A stretch of DNA of 64,000 nucleotides from Clostridiales bacterium (GTDB lineage Bacteria > Bacillota > Clostridia > Ch29). The notes beneath the pieces are model-generated. The model was not told the DNA's origin. It saw only the letters and a program-made list of their open reading frames with translations, and searched no databases. The translations under genes were made by a program, and so were the position numbers. Below are positions 1 to 8,541 of this stretch, piece after piece; the first letter of the stretch is position 1; the number at the start of each line of letters is the position of its first letter. The stretch is from contig JAAYEV010000103.1 in NCBI GenBank assembly GCA_012728565.1, positions 11 through 64,010 on the forward strand, given 5' to 3'.

Positions 1-159
1 ACATACTCTTTATTCCTGCGTTTCCAGTTGCCTTTTGTTTGACAGCAATGTTTATATTACATGATTATTGTATGTAATTCAACACTTAAAAATTACCATC
101 CCTCATCATTTTCTATTATTTTTCTTAAGTATTGCAGTTCTTCTGCAGTTTCCTATTGA

Positions 160-858
160 TTAGTTGATTATGTCCGGCACAACGTTTAGGAACTCGTCTT
201 CCGGGACAAAGATGTAGCTTTGTGGAATGTCTCCTACTATAATGGTTTCCGCAACCGGTATTCGTGTCGCCACATCAACCACATCGCTGGCCAGCGGAAG
301 CACCACCCTTACCTGGGCATTAACCGCAAGGTAGATTTTATGCCTGGTCTGGTTAATTCCCGCCTCTTCAAAGTCGGTGATAAAATCCACAACAACTGTT
401 CCCATGGGCAGAATGTCGATATTAAACCTGGGCCCTAAGTTGGCAAATATTTCGCTTCCCAGCACGCTGCCCAGTGGAATGCCTACTTTCTTGGTGCCCA
501 TCTGTCTTAGGCTTTCCTGTATTCTTAATGCGGTTTCTGCGGCTATCCTATTCATGGACATGGTGTTTGCCTGCAGCATGGTAATCCTGTTTTCTTTGTC
601 GGTTTTAACCACAAACAGGTCTTCATATTTGACCTTATATGTAAGCTCGGACATAATGGCTTCGTTAATAACCTGCGTTGCGATGGTTTTTGCCCTCATT
701 TCGGATATGGCAAGCAGCAGCGGCTTTATATTATAATTTACCATCCAGCTTAAGAATAAAACAATTAATACTATTACTATTATAATTACAGAGCCCTTTA
801 TTTTTTTCCTAAGGGCCGACCTTTTGCCGAACCTTGCTCTAAACCTGGGCTTACCCAT
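160..858 (-). CDS. yunB: sporulation protein YunB
   Basis: ORF 160..930 resembles YunB and has an N-terminal TM helix. Start moved to the ATG ending at 858, which has GGAGG 7 nt upstream; in-frame ATGs further upstream lack an RBS. TAA stop at 160-162. Confidence 0.8.
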   Translation of the reverse strand: MGKPRFRARFGKRSALRKKIKGSVIIIVIVLIVLFLSWMVNYNIKPLLLAISEMRAKTIATQVINEAIMSELTYKVKYEDLFVVKTDKENRITMLQANTMSMNRIAAETALRIQESLRQMGTKKVGIPLGSVLGSEIFANLGPRFNIDILPMGTVVVDFITDFEEAGINQTRHKIYLAVNAQVRVVLPLASDVVDVATRIPVAETIIVGDIPQSYIFVPEDEFLNVVPDIIN

Positions 859-1062
859 AAAAAAACCTCCTTCCATATATATTATGTTGACGTATCGCCA
901 ATAGTCACACAGAAAATATAATGCGCACAAAACGGCTGGAGGCTTTTGTCACCGGCCTCCCATCGACATCCCGTCACAATTATTTATTTTTTTAAAGCAT
1001 TTGTGTTATAATCAGAATAATGTAATAAACTACACGCAGGGTCCCTCGGAGGAGGTATTATA

Positions 1063-3489
1063 ATGACAGATAAAAAAGGAGAAAAGAAAAAGAAAAGGCT
1101 GAGCGTTCTAAGGCTGATTATAATAGTATTTCTCTTGATCGCCTTCATAGGGGCGGGCGCGGCTGCCGGGATAGTGGCGGCCTATATCAAGGACGCCCCT
1201 GAAATTGGTACAGAGGACATTCTTCAGTTAAGACAGTCATCCATAGTATATGAAGAGGGCACCGGCGAAATAGTGGACAGGATCCACGCCGAGGTGAACC
1301 GGACTCTTGTTCACCTTGACGACGTTCCAAAGCACGTTCAGAATGCCTTTATTGCCATTGAGGATGAAAGGTTCAGGTCGCACTTTGGTATTGACATCAA
1401 AAGAATAATAGGGGTGACCATTCAAAACCTTAAGGAGCGAAGAATTGTAGCGGGTGCGAGCACCATAACGCAGCAGCTTGTAAGGAACGTGGTCCTTACC
1501 CAGGAACAAAAATTCAAAAGAAAGATACAGGAACAGTACCTTGCGATAAAACTGGAGAGGGTATTCACAAAGGACCAGATACTGGAGGCCTATTTGAATA
1601 CCATATACTTCGGTCACAGTGCCTACGGGATTCATGCGGCTTCCATGACCTATTTCGGCAAACATCCTTCCGAACTGACTTTGGCCGAGGGAGCGATGGT
1701 AGCCGGAGTTACAAATAACCCACGGCTTTATTCACCCTATCTTAATCCAGAGAATGCTAAAAAGCGCCAGGAACTGGTCCTTAGAAGCATGCTTAACCAG
1801 GGCTATATAAGCCAGCAGGAGTACGACAGTGCAGTACGGGAGGAACTGGAATATGTGAGGGGAGAGGTTGAGGAGGAGGAAATCGCAATATCCTCGTACT
1901 TTGTCGACCAGGTTAAGATTGACGTCAGGGAAGACCTGATGGAAAAGTATAACTACACCAAGGACGAGGCAAACAATCTTTTGTTCAACGGCGGACTGCA
2001 GATATACTCCACCATCGATTTAAAAATGCAGGAAATAGTGGAGAATGCCTTCAAGGACCCCGCAAACTTCCCGGAAACAAAGGAGGATGAAAAGGGAGTA
2101 CCGCAGCCCCAGGCGGCAATGGTAATAATTGATTACAAAACCGGGCAGGTGAAAGCCATGGTGGGCGGAAGGGGCCAAGAGGGGTCCATGCTGCTTAACC
2201 GCGCAACCCAGTCCTACCGCCAGCCCGGGTCTTCGATAAAACCCCTTTCGGTTTACACCGCCGCCATAGACAACGGTTACACGGCGGCAACCGTCATAGA
2301 TGACGTGCCGGTGGCCTTTATCGGCGGCGACGGGAAACTATGGATACCCAAGAACTGGTACACCGAAGGAGGACGCCCCACCTATTGGGGTTTAAGCACC
2401 CTCAGGGAAGGCCTCCAGTGGTCCATGAACGTGGTAACGGTGAAGCTTCTTAACGACCTGGGCATAGACATAGCCTTTGATTATGCCGAAAAGATGGGGA
2501 TTACAAGCCTTGTGAAAAGCGGCCCGGTGATGGACCGGAACCTTGCTTCCCTTGCCTTGGGCGGACTGACAAAGGGCGTATCACCCATTGACATGGCTAC
2601 CGCCTACGGCACCCTTGCCAACAAGGGGGTCCGGATAAAACCCATAACCTATGTCAGGGTAACCGACGCCAACGGAAACGTACTTCTTGAAAAGGAGCCT
2701 GTAAAAACAAGGGTAGTCGGCGAGGACGTAGCCTATATTGTAACTGATATGCTGAGGTCGGTCGTTAAGGGAGGTACCGGCACCAGCGCCAATTTCAACA
2801 TGCCGGTGGCCGGCAAAACGGGTACCACCACCGATTCGGTGGATGCATGGTTTGTTGGCTATACGCCCTATTACGTGGCATCCCTCTGGATGGGGAACGA
2901 CGAACCTTCAAACATGGGCTTTGGCGGAAGCTCATATCCCACCAGGCTGTGGAGAAAGGTCATGGAAGAAATCCACAAGGACCTACCGGTTATTGACTTT
3001 GAAAGGCCTGCAAACATTGTAACTAGGGCGGTGGATACAAAGTCCGGCAAGCTGCCCACCGACCTTTCCTACATGGACCCGCGTAATACCGTAAGAAATG
3101 AGCTGTTTATACAAGGTACCGAACCTACAGAATATGATGACGTACACGTGGTAAGGGACGTTGATGTGACCACCAATAAGCTGGCAACGCCCTTCTGCCC
3201 GCCCACGCTGGTGGAATCAAGGGTGTTCGTACAAAGACCGGTACCCTTTGACAGCGAACAGTTCCTGGAAAGCATAGGCGGGATAGACCCGAAAGTAAAC
3301 CTCGTACCCAGGGATGCCATCTACGATGTGCCTACAGAATACTGCCCGGCTCATAATCCCTTCGGAATACCCTGGGGGCAGAACGGGCAAAACGGGGGAT
3401 GGCCGCCCGGCGAAGAGCCCGGTGACGAAGAACCTGGAGAGGAGACAATCTTCGACCAGATAACAGATGAACTGCAAAATCAGGACTAA
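1063..3489 (+). CDS. class A penicillin-binding protein (bifunctional transglycosylase/transpeptidase, PBP1A-type)
   Basis: 808 aa with a Lys-rich N-terminus and a TM helix. Glycosyltransferase-51 motifs (IEDERFRSHFGID, RIIGV...TITQQL) are followed by transpeptidase motifs SSIK, SMN and KTGT. RBS GGAGGAGG sits upstream. Confidence 0.92.
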   Translation: MTDKKGEKKKKRLSVLRLIIIVFLLIAFIGAGAAAGIVAAYIKDAPEIGTEDILQLRQSSIVYEEGTGEIVDRIHAEVNRTLVHLDDVPKHVQNAFIAIEDERFRSHFGIDIKRIIGVTIQNLKERRIVAGASTITQQLVRNVVLTQEQKFKRKIQEQYLAIKLERVFTKDQILEAYLNTIYFGHSAYGIHAASMTYFGKHPSELTLAEGAMVAGVTNNPRLYSPYLNPENAKKRQELVLRSMLNQGYISQQEYDSAVREELEYVRGEVEEEEIAISSYFVDQVKIDVREDLMEKYNYTKDEANNLLFNGGLQIYSTIDLKMQEIVENAFKDPANFPETKEDEKGVPQPQAAMVIIDYKTGQVKAMVGGRGQEGSMLLNRATQSYRQPGSSIKPLSVYTAAIDNGYTAATVIDDVPVAFIGGDGKLWIPKNWYTEGGRPTYWGLSTLREGLQWSMNVVTVKLLNDLGIDIAFDYAEKMGITSLVKSGPVMDRNLASLALGGLTKGVSPIDMATAYGTLANKGVRIKPITYVRVTDANGNVLLEKEPVKTRVVGEDVAYIVTDMLRSVVKGGTGTSANFNMPVAGKTGTTTDSVDAWFVGYTPYYVASLWMGNDEPSNMGFGGSSYPTRLWRKVMEEIHKDLPVIDFERPANIVTRAVDTKSGKLPTDLSYMDPRNTVRNELFIQGTEPTEYDDVHVVRDVDVTTNKLATPFCPPTLVESRVFVQRPVPFDSEQFLESIGGIDPKVNLVPRDAIYDVPTEYCPAHNPFGIPWGQNGQNGGWPPGEEPGDEEPGEETIFDQITDELQNQD

Positions 3490-3497
3490 GGTCAATA

Positions 3498-3529
3498 GGT
3501 GCGGACAATCCGCACCTTTCTTTTCGTTT
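3498..3529 (+). terminator. rho-independent terminator after the PBP gene
   Basis: Perfect 8-bp stem GGTGCGGA / TCCGCACC with a CAA loop, followed by TTTCTTTTCGTTT. Confidence 0.7.
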
Positions 3530-3564
3530 GTCTTCATATTACGTCCCAAGGGCCCGTCATTTTT

Positions 3565-4128
3565 TTATTCCTGTCCCATTATTACGCGAAGGGCCTTGGT
3601 AAGCACCGGGGCGCCCAGGACACAGTCGTCCCGGCCGTTCATTTTGCCCGGGTCACCCACCCCGACAATAACGGGAACTTTAATAGTATTTAAAATTTCC
3701 AGGGTATCCCCGTAAACCACGCCGTTCCCCGACGGGTTTCCCAGCTTGTCCACCGACCCGCTTATTATATTGAGGCTGCTGTCCACCGAGCAGTCCACCT
3801 TAACCCCTTCAACGTCCTGTGTGTTTGAAGCCACCGCAATGACACCCAATATTTCTATGTCCTTAGACTCTGCAAGGCATTTTATCACCTTTTCGCCTTC
3901 CCCAAGCCCGGGCTTTCCCCTGTCATCCACCATCACCACCACCGGATCGGCAGGGGATTGTTTTATCATATCGATGATTTCATCACCACTAAGGGGCGTT
4001 GGATTCCCCGCCGACCGGGAGATGCACCTTCCCCCGACCTGGGCGGCGGCTGTCTCGGCAGCCTGCCTGGCAACATTGTCCCCGTCTGTAATTATGACCA
4101 CTTTGCGCCGTTTTTTGGACTTATCCAT
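3565..4128 (-). CDS. stage V sporulation protein AE-like soluble Toprim-like protein (SpoVAEa-type)
   Basis: ORF 3565..4176. Start placed at the ATG ending at 4128 with RBS AAAGGGAAACAGGGAA. The VVIITDGDNVARQAAE...GNPTPLSGDEIIDMIK motif is typical of the soluble SpoVAE N-terminal/Toprim-like protein, and the gene lies just downstream of spoIIA-sigF as in spoVA loci. Confidence 0.55.
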   Translation of the reverse strand: MDKSKKRRKVVIITDGDNVARQAAETAAAQVGGRCISRSAGNPTPLSGDEIIDMIKQSPADPVVVMVDDRGKPGLGEGEKVIKCLAESKDIEILGVIAVASNTQDVEGVKVDCSVDSSLNIISGSVDKLGNPSGNGVVYGDTLEILNTIKVPVIVGVGDPGKMNGRDDCVLGAPVLTKALRVIMGQE

Positions 4129-4267
4129 TTCCCTGTTTCCCTTTGCTTTTGTTCTGTATCCTGTGGATGATGTCATTTAATGTTTCAAAATCCGTCAAAT
4201 GCCTGGGCCTTAGTTTTGGCTGTCCCATATCCACCGGCGGGCTGTACTGCAGTGTATCTTTTTTCAT
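4121..4267 (-). CDS. candidate small protein (48 aa, MKKDTLQYSPPVDMGQPKLRPRHLTDFETLNDIIHRIQNKSKGKQGNG)
   Basis: Found by hand; too short for the ORF track. ATG at 4267 is preceded by AGGAGCTAAGAA (AGGAG at 7-nt spacing). Its TAA stop overlaps the downstream start as ATGGATAA, suggesting translational coupling to the SpoVAE-like gene. Confidence 0.3.
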   Translation of the reverse strand: MKKDTLQYSPPVDMGQPKLRPRHLTDFETLNDIIHRIQNKSKGKQGNG

Positions 4268-4270
4268 TTC

Positions 4271-4441
4271 TTAGCTCCTGTATACCAAACCCACACCGGT
4301 TGTTTCACAGCCTGTCATAACAAGCTTTGCCTTTTCAGGCTCCCTTCGCCGTTCGCCAAAGGCCATGATACAGGAACAGACCACAAGAACGGCCAGTACA
4401 AGCAGTATGAACCCCAGGACAGTTCCCTTCTTAAATTTCAT
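4271..4441 (-). CDS. small single-pass membrane protein (56 aa)
   Basis: ORF 4271..4459. Start at the ATG (MKFKKG) ending at 4441 with GGAGGGG 7 nt upstream. One hydrophobic helix (LGFILLVLAVLVVCSCIMAF). Confidence 0.4.
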   Translation of the reverse strand: MKFKKGTVLGFILLVLAVLVVCSCIMAFGERRREPEKAKLVMTGCETTGVGLVYRS

Positions 4442-4562
4442 TCCAACCCCTCCGTTCATGGTTTTAGTATTGTCCGTTTTCTCCTTTTAATTCAAAAAGA
4501 CCATGGCCCGGACTTGGGTGAAAACACAAAAATAAAAAAGGGCCCTTTATTAGTCCCTCTTT

Positions 4563-5309
4563 TTATTTGGTCATGGACTGCCTCATTTTATCCAGAACCC
4601 TTTTTTCTATACGGGATACCTGGACCTGGGATATGCCCAGCTTTTGAGCTATCTGCGTCTGGGTCCTGTCCTGGAAATACCGCATGATTATTATCTGCCT
4701 TTCCCTGGGCTTTAGCTTGTGGAGCATTTCCTTCAGTATAATCCTGTCCAGCATATCGCCGCTTTTATCTTCCTCCACAGCCACCTTGTCGATAAGAAAT
4801 ATCGGGGAACCGTCATCCTGGTGTATTGTATCGTAAAGGTATTCCGGCGCCGCGGCAGCATCCATCGCCAGTACTATGTCTTCATTTGAAACCCCCAGTT
4901 CCTCGGAAATCTCATTCAAGGTGGGCTCCCTTCCGTTATCCCTTATAAGCCTTTCCTTGGTTTGACGTATCCTTCCGCTTAGTTCCTTGAGTGACCGGCT
5001 CACTTTAACAATACCATCATCCCTTAAGAATCTCTTGATCTCACCGGCTATCATCGGAACGGCATAGGTGGAAAACCTAACATTATAATCAGGATTGAAA
5101 TTTTTAATGGCCTTAAGCAGGCCGATACTGCCTAGCTGGAACAGGTCTTCGTATTCATAGCCCCTGTTCAGAAAACGTTTGACTATGCTCTTTACAAGGC
5201 CGGTATTGTTTTTTAAAAGCAGGGACTGGGCTTCCTTGTCCCCCTGCTGGGCTTTTCTAATAAGCTGCAGCGTTTCCGCGTGGCTTAAGACCTCGGAATT
5301 ATCCCTCAT
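4563..5309 (-). CDS. sigF: sporulation sigma factor SigF (sigma-F)
   Basis: Sigma-70 regions 2-4 are present ([35 protein letters not shown]; C-terminal [23 protein letters not shown]). The start overlaps the spoIIAB end by 11 nt, as is typical of the spoIIA operon. Confidence 0.93.
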   Translation of the reverse strand: MRDNSEVLSHAETLQLIRKAQQGDKEAQSLLLKNNTGLVKSIVKRFLNRGYEYEDLFQLGSIGLLKAIKNFNPDYNVRFSTYAVPMIAGEIKRFLRDDGIVKVSRSLKELSGRIRQTKERLIRDNGREPTLNEISEELGVSNEDIVLAMDAAAAPEYLYDTIHQDDGSPIFLIDKVAVEEDKSGDMLDRIILKEMLHKLKPRERQIIIMRYFQDRTQTQIAQKLGISQVQVSRIEKRVLDKMRQSMTK

Positions 5310-5760
5310 TGCCACTAACCCCTTGTCCCTTTGCCAGTGAAGCAAATTTTTTTCTCATAATCACAACCGTTCCTTTGCCTTTTTCGGAATGCACCTCCAC
5401 CTCGTCCATGAATGTCTCCATCACTGTAAAACCCATCCCCGACCTCTCCAACTCCGGTTTGGAGGTGTAAAGGGGCTGCCTGGCCTGCTCCACGTCCTCG
5501 ATACCTTTTCCCTCATCCCTCACCTCGATTTCCACCCCGTGTTCGTCCATGCGGCATTTTATGATTATAATGCCTTCACAGTCTTCGTACCCGTGAATTA
5601 TGGAATTTGTAACCGCTTCTGAAACCGCTGTCTTAATATCGGCCAATTCCTCGATGGTGGGGTCCAGCTGCGAGGCAAAGGCGGCGGTGGCTACCCTTGC
5701 AAAGGCTTCATTCTGGGATTTACTGGGTATTCTAAGCTCCATAAAATTTTTCACATTCAT
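5299..5760 (-). CDS. spoIIAB: anti-sigma F factor SpoIIAB (serine kinase)
   Basis: GHKL ATPase motifs ([45 protein letters not shown]) align closely with B. subtilis SpoIIAB. RBS AGGGGGTGAAAA upstream. Confidence 0.93.
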   Translation of the reverse strand: MNVKNFMELRIPSKSQNEAFARVATAAFASQLDPTIEELADIKTAVSEAVTNSIIHGYEDCEGIIIIKCRMDEHGVEIEVRDEGKGIEDVEQARQPLYTSKPELERSGMGFTVMETFMDEVEVHSEKGKGTVVIMRKKFASLAKGQGVSGNEG

Positions 5761-5773
5761 CGATTTTCACCCC

Positions 5774-6109
5774 CTAAAGGTCATTAACTGCTTTGCTTAT
5801 ACTGCTGTAAGATTTTATTATATCGTATATGCCCGATACCTCTAAAACACGGGACACCTGATTGTTTTCATTGACAACCGCAACCTTGCCTCCCCTGAGA
5901 TTTACCTTCTTAAACCTGCCAATCAGCACCCCTATTCCCGAGCTGTCCATAAAGCTTAAATGGGTCAGGTCCAGTATCAGGTGCTTGACCGGGTTGTTTT
6001 CCAGACCGCGGTCCACAAAGTCCCTGAACTCCTCCGCAGTATGGTGGTCAAGTTCCCCTTTAACCCTGCATATAAGAATATTGCCTGTGACCTTCGCAGT
6101 AAGGTCCAT
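5774..6109 (-). CDS. spoIIAA: anti-sigma F factor antagonist SpoIIAA (STAS domain)
   Basis: 111-aa STAS protein with the phosphorylatable Ser context LTHLSFMDSSGIGVLIGRF. First gene of the spoIIAA-AB-sigF operon; RBS GGGAGGGATGA. Confidence 0.92.
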   Translation of the reverse strand: MDLTAKVTGNILICRVKGELDHHTAEEFRDFVDRGLENNPVKHLILDLTHLSFMDSSGIGVLIGRFKKVNLRGGKVAVVNENNQVSRVLEVSGIYDIIKSYSSISKAVNDL

Positions 6110-6119
6110 ATATCATCCC

Positions 6120-6270
6120 TCCCATCAAAGCAGCGGGGACAAAGCTCACCCACCCGTCCCCAAAAAGGTTTACCATTATTGTTTCTTCAGTAGGTTCGAT
6201 TTCCCTTCAATGAAAACTGTATTGTTTTGCCTTCTTTGGATGGATAATAAGAGTATTTGTCGAATAACAA
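6120..6270 (-). promoter_or_regulatory. putative spoIIA operon promoter region (sigma-H type, with Spo0A box)
   Basis: TGTCGAA (consensus 0A box) at 6258-6264. On the minus strand GAAGGGAAAT is followed after a 12-nt spacer by GAAGAAA, which loosely fits sigma-H (AGGAwwT-N11-12-RnnGAAT), about 70 nt upstream of spoIIAA. Confidence 0.35.
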
Positions 6271-6333
6271 GGGGATTATTTATAAAAAAACTGCCCCCAT
6301 GAAATCCAATCCACGGAGGCAGCGTCTTTCCGG

Positions 6334-7740
6334 CTATGCTGTTTTTTTCGTCTCTTCCTCAGGCAGCTTTTCCATCGTGATTCCTGTATACCCGTAAAAT
6401 ACTGATACTATCGGGTTCAGCAGGTTCAGGAAAGCGTAGGGCAGGTATGCAAAGGGATGAACCGCCAAGGTTGAAAGCATAAAGGCCCCGCATGTGTTCC
6501 ATGGGATAAGCGGGGATGACAGCGTCCCTGCGTCCTCCAGCACCCTTGACAGGTTCTTGGGATGCAGTCCCCTCTCGGCGTATGCGTTCTTAAACATCCT
6601 ACCCGGTACCACCAGCGACATGTACTGGTCACCGGATGTTAGGTTTATGAAGAAGCAGGACAATACCGTGGCAAGTACCAGGGATCCTGTGCTGTTAACA
6701 ACCCTAAGTACTTTTTCAAGCAGCGCGTTGAGCATTCCGGTTCTTTCAAGTACCCCGCCAAAGGACATCGCGATCATAATAAGGGATACCGTCCACATCA
6801 TGCTGTCCAGTCCACCCCTGCTCAATAGGTCGTCTATCTCCACTATTCCGGTTTCTGAAACAAACCCGTAGTGGGAAGCCTCTATTATTGCACTCATGCC
6901 GGCGCCCTGGAAAATTGCAGCGAATATACCACCCAGTACGACCCCTCCAATAAGACCGGGTATCGCCGGAACCTTGAACACCACCATCAGGATAACTATT
7001 ATCGGCGGTATAAACAGAAGAGGATTTATCGCAAATTGTCCCGCTAAACCGTCAAGCAGTTGGTTTATCTGTGCTACATCCAATTCCTTGCCCGCATACC
7101 TTGCACCGAGAATACCGTATAGAATAAGTGCAATTATTAGGCTGGGGCCTGTCGTGTAAATCATGTGCTTGACGTGATCGAACAGGTCTGAACCTGCCAT
7201 GGCCGGTGCCAGGTTTGTGGTATCGGACAGCGGTGACATTTTATCACCAAAGTATGCACCCGAAATAATTGCCCCCGCAACCATCGGCAGCGGCATTCCA
7301 AGTCCCATGCCTACCCCCATTAGCGCTACACCGACCGTACCCGCAGTTGTCCAGGAGCTTCCGGTGGCCAGTGAAACGATGCAGCAAATCAGGCAGGTTG
7401 CAACAAGGAATATACCCGGAGAGAGTATTTTTAGCCCGTAGTAAATCATTGTAGGAACTACGCCGGCCAGTATCCATACACCAATCAGCATACCGACGAT
7501 CATTAGAATAAGTATTGCCTGCATTGACATCTTGATTCCGTCAATAATCCCGTCCTGAATGTCGTCCCACTTATAGCCTGCTCTTATGGCAACTATCGAA
7601 GCAACAGCAGCGGTCACAAGGATAGGCATATGCGGGTCGCCCCCAAAGAGCATAATGGTGGCCATCAGTGAAACAATCAGAAACAAAAGAACAAACAGCA
7701 CCTCTCCAAAGCTGATTTGCCTTTGTGTCTTTTCCTTCAC
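6334..7740 (-). CDS. Na+/H+ antiporter NhaC-family membrane transporter
   Basis: 468 aa with about 12 TM helices and NhaC-like conserved stretches. GTG start with AAGGAGG at 8-nt spacing. A terminator-like hairpin (CTGCCTCC...GGGGGCAG followed by a T-run) lies downstream near 6290-6335. Confidence 0.8.
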   Translation of the reverse strand: MKEKTQRQISFGEVLFVLLFLIVSLMATIMLFGGDPHMPILVTAAVASIVAIRAGYKWDDIQDGIIDGIKMSMQAILILMIVGMLIGVWILAGVVPTMIYYGLKILSPGIFLVATCLICCIVSLATGSSWTTAGTVGVALMGVGMGLGMPLPMVAGAIISGAYFGDKMSPLSDTTNLAPAMAGSDLFDHVKHMIYTTGPSLIIALILYGILGARYAGKELDVAQINQLLDGLAGQFAINPLLFIPPIIVILMVVFKVPAIPGLIGGVVLGGIFAAIFQGAGMSAIIEASHYGFVSETGIVEIDDLLSRGGLDSMMWTVSLIMIAMSFGGVLERTGMLNALLEKVLRVVNSTGSLVLATVLSCFFINLTSGDQYMSLVVPGRMFKNAYAERGLHPKNLSRVLEDAGTLSSPLIPWNTCGAFMLSTLAVHPFAYLPYAFLNLLNPIVSVFYGYTGITMEKLPEEETKKTA

Positions 7741-8034
7741 TATACATACCTCCTTTTATAAAAAAAATATACGATTACTATTTTTACATTCTATCATATT
7801 ATCACTATGGGCACAATAAATATTAACCGCTTTGTCCTTTTAATTGAATGAAGCGGTAAACACCCCTCGAACAAATATAATAGGTTTTTTTTAATACTGC
7901 GTTATGTTATTATTGTTGTGGACAGCACAGGTTAGATACTTGGATAAAAGGCAGGAGGACGGATCTCTTGTCCGTTAGGATTGGAACCCGTAATCATAGC
8001 CTGTTACCTGTGACCTATGTTCTGAAAACCGGAG

Positions 8035-8541
8035 GTGGTGACTTTGTTCACGGTCGGTATAATAACGGTAAGCGACAAAGGATATGCAGGGGAGAGGAAG
8101 GACCATAGCGGCCCGGCAATAGAAGAAGTGCTAAGAGCAATCGGCGGAAAGGTTGTAGACTACGTAATAGTCCCGGATGAACGAGACAGCATTTCCAATG
8201 CGATAATAAACATGACTGACCATAGCGGTATAGACCTTGTCCTGACAACGGGGGGAACAGGTTTTTCCCCGAGGGATGTCACGCCGGAAGCAACCCTTGC
8301 CGTAATAGAAAAACAAGTGCCCGGCATTCCGGAAGCCATGAGGCTTGTAAGCATGCAAATCACCCCAAAGGCAATGCTGTCCAGGGCGGTTGCCGGTATA
8401 AGAAAAAAATCCCTCATTATCAACCTTCCCGGCAGCCCGAAAGGGGTGACCGAAAGCCTGGAGGCGATACTCCCTGCACTTCCCCACGGACTTTTGATAC
8501 TGCAGGGCAAAGCCGGAGAATGCGGCGGTACCGGTAATTAG
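8035..8541 (+). CDS. mogA: molybdenum cofactor biosynthesis protein MogA/MoaB (molybdopterin adenylyltransferase family)
   Basis: MoCF-biosynthesis fold motifs GIITVSDKG and LVLTTGGTGFSPRD. GTG start at 8035 (or TTG at 8044) after GGAGG. Its stop overlaps the thiI stop on the opposite strand. Confidence 0.85.
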   Translation: MVTLFTVGIITVSDKGYAGERKDHSGPAIEEVLRAIGGKVVDYVIVPDERDSISNAIINMTDHSGIDLVLTTGGTGFSPRDVTPEATLAVIEKQVPGIPEAMRLVSMQITPKAMLSRAVAGIRKKSLIINLPGSPKGVTESLEAILPALPHGLLILQGKAGECGGTGN

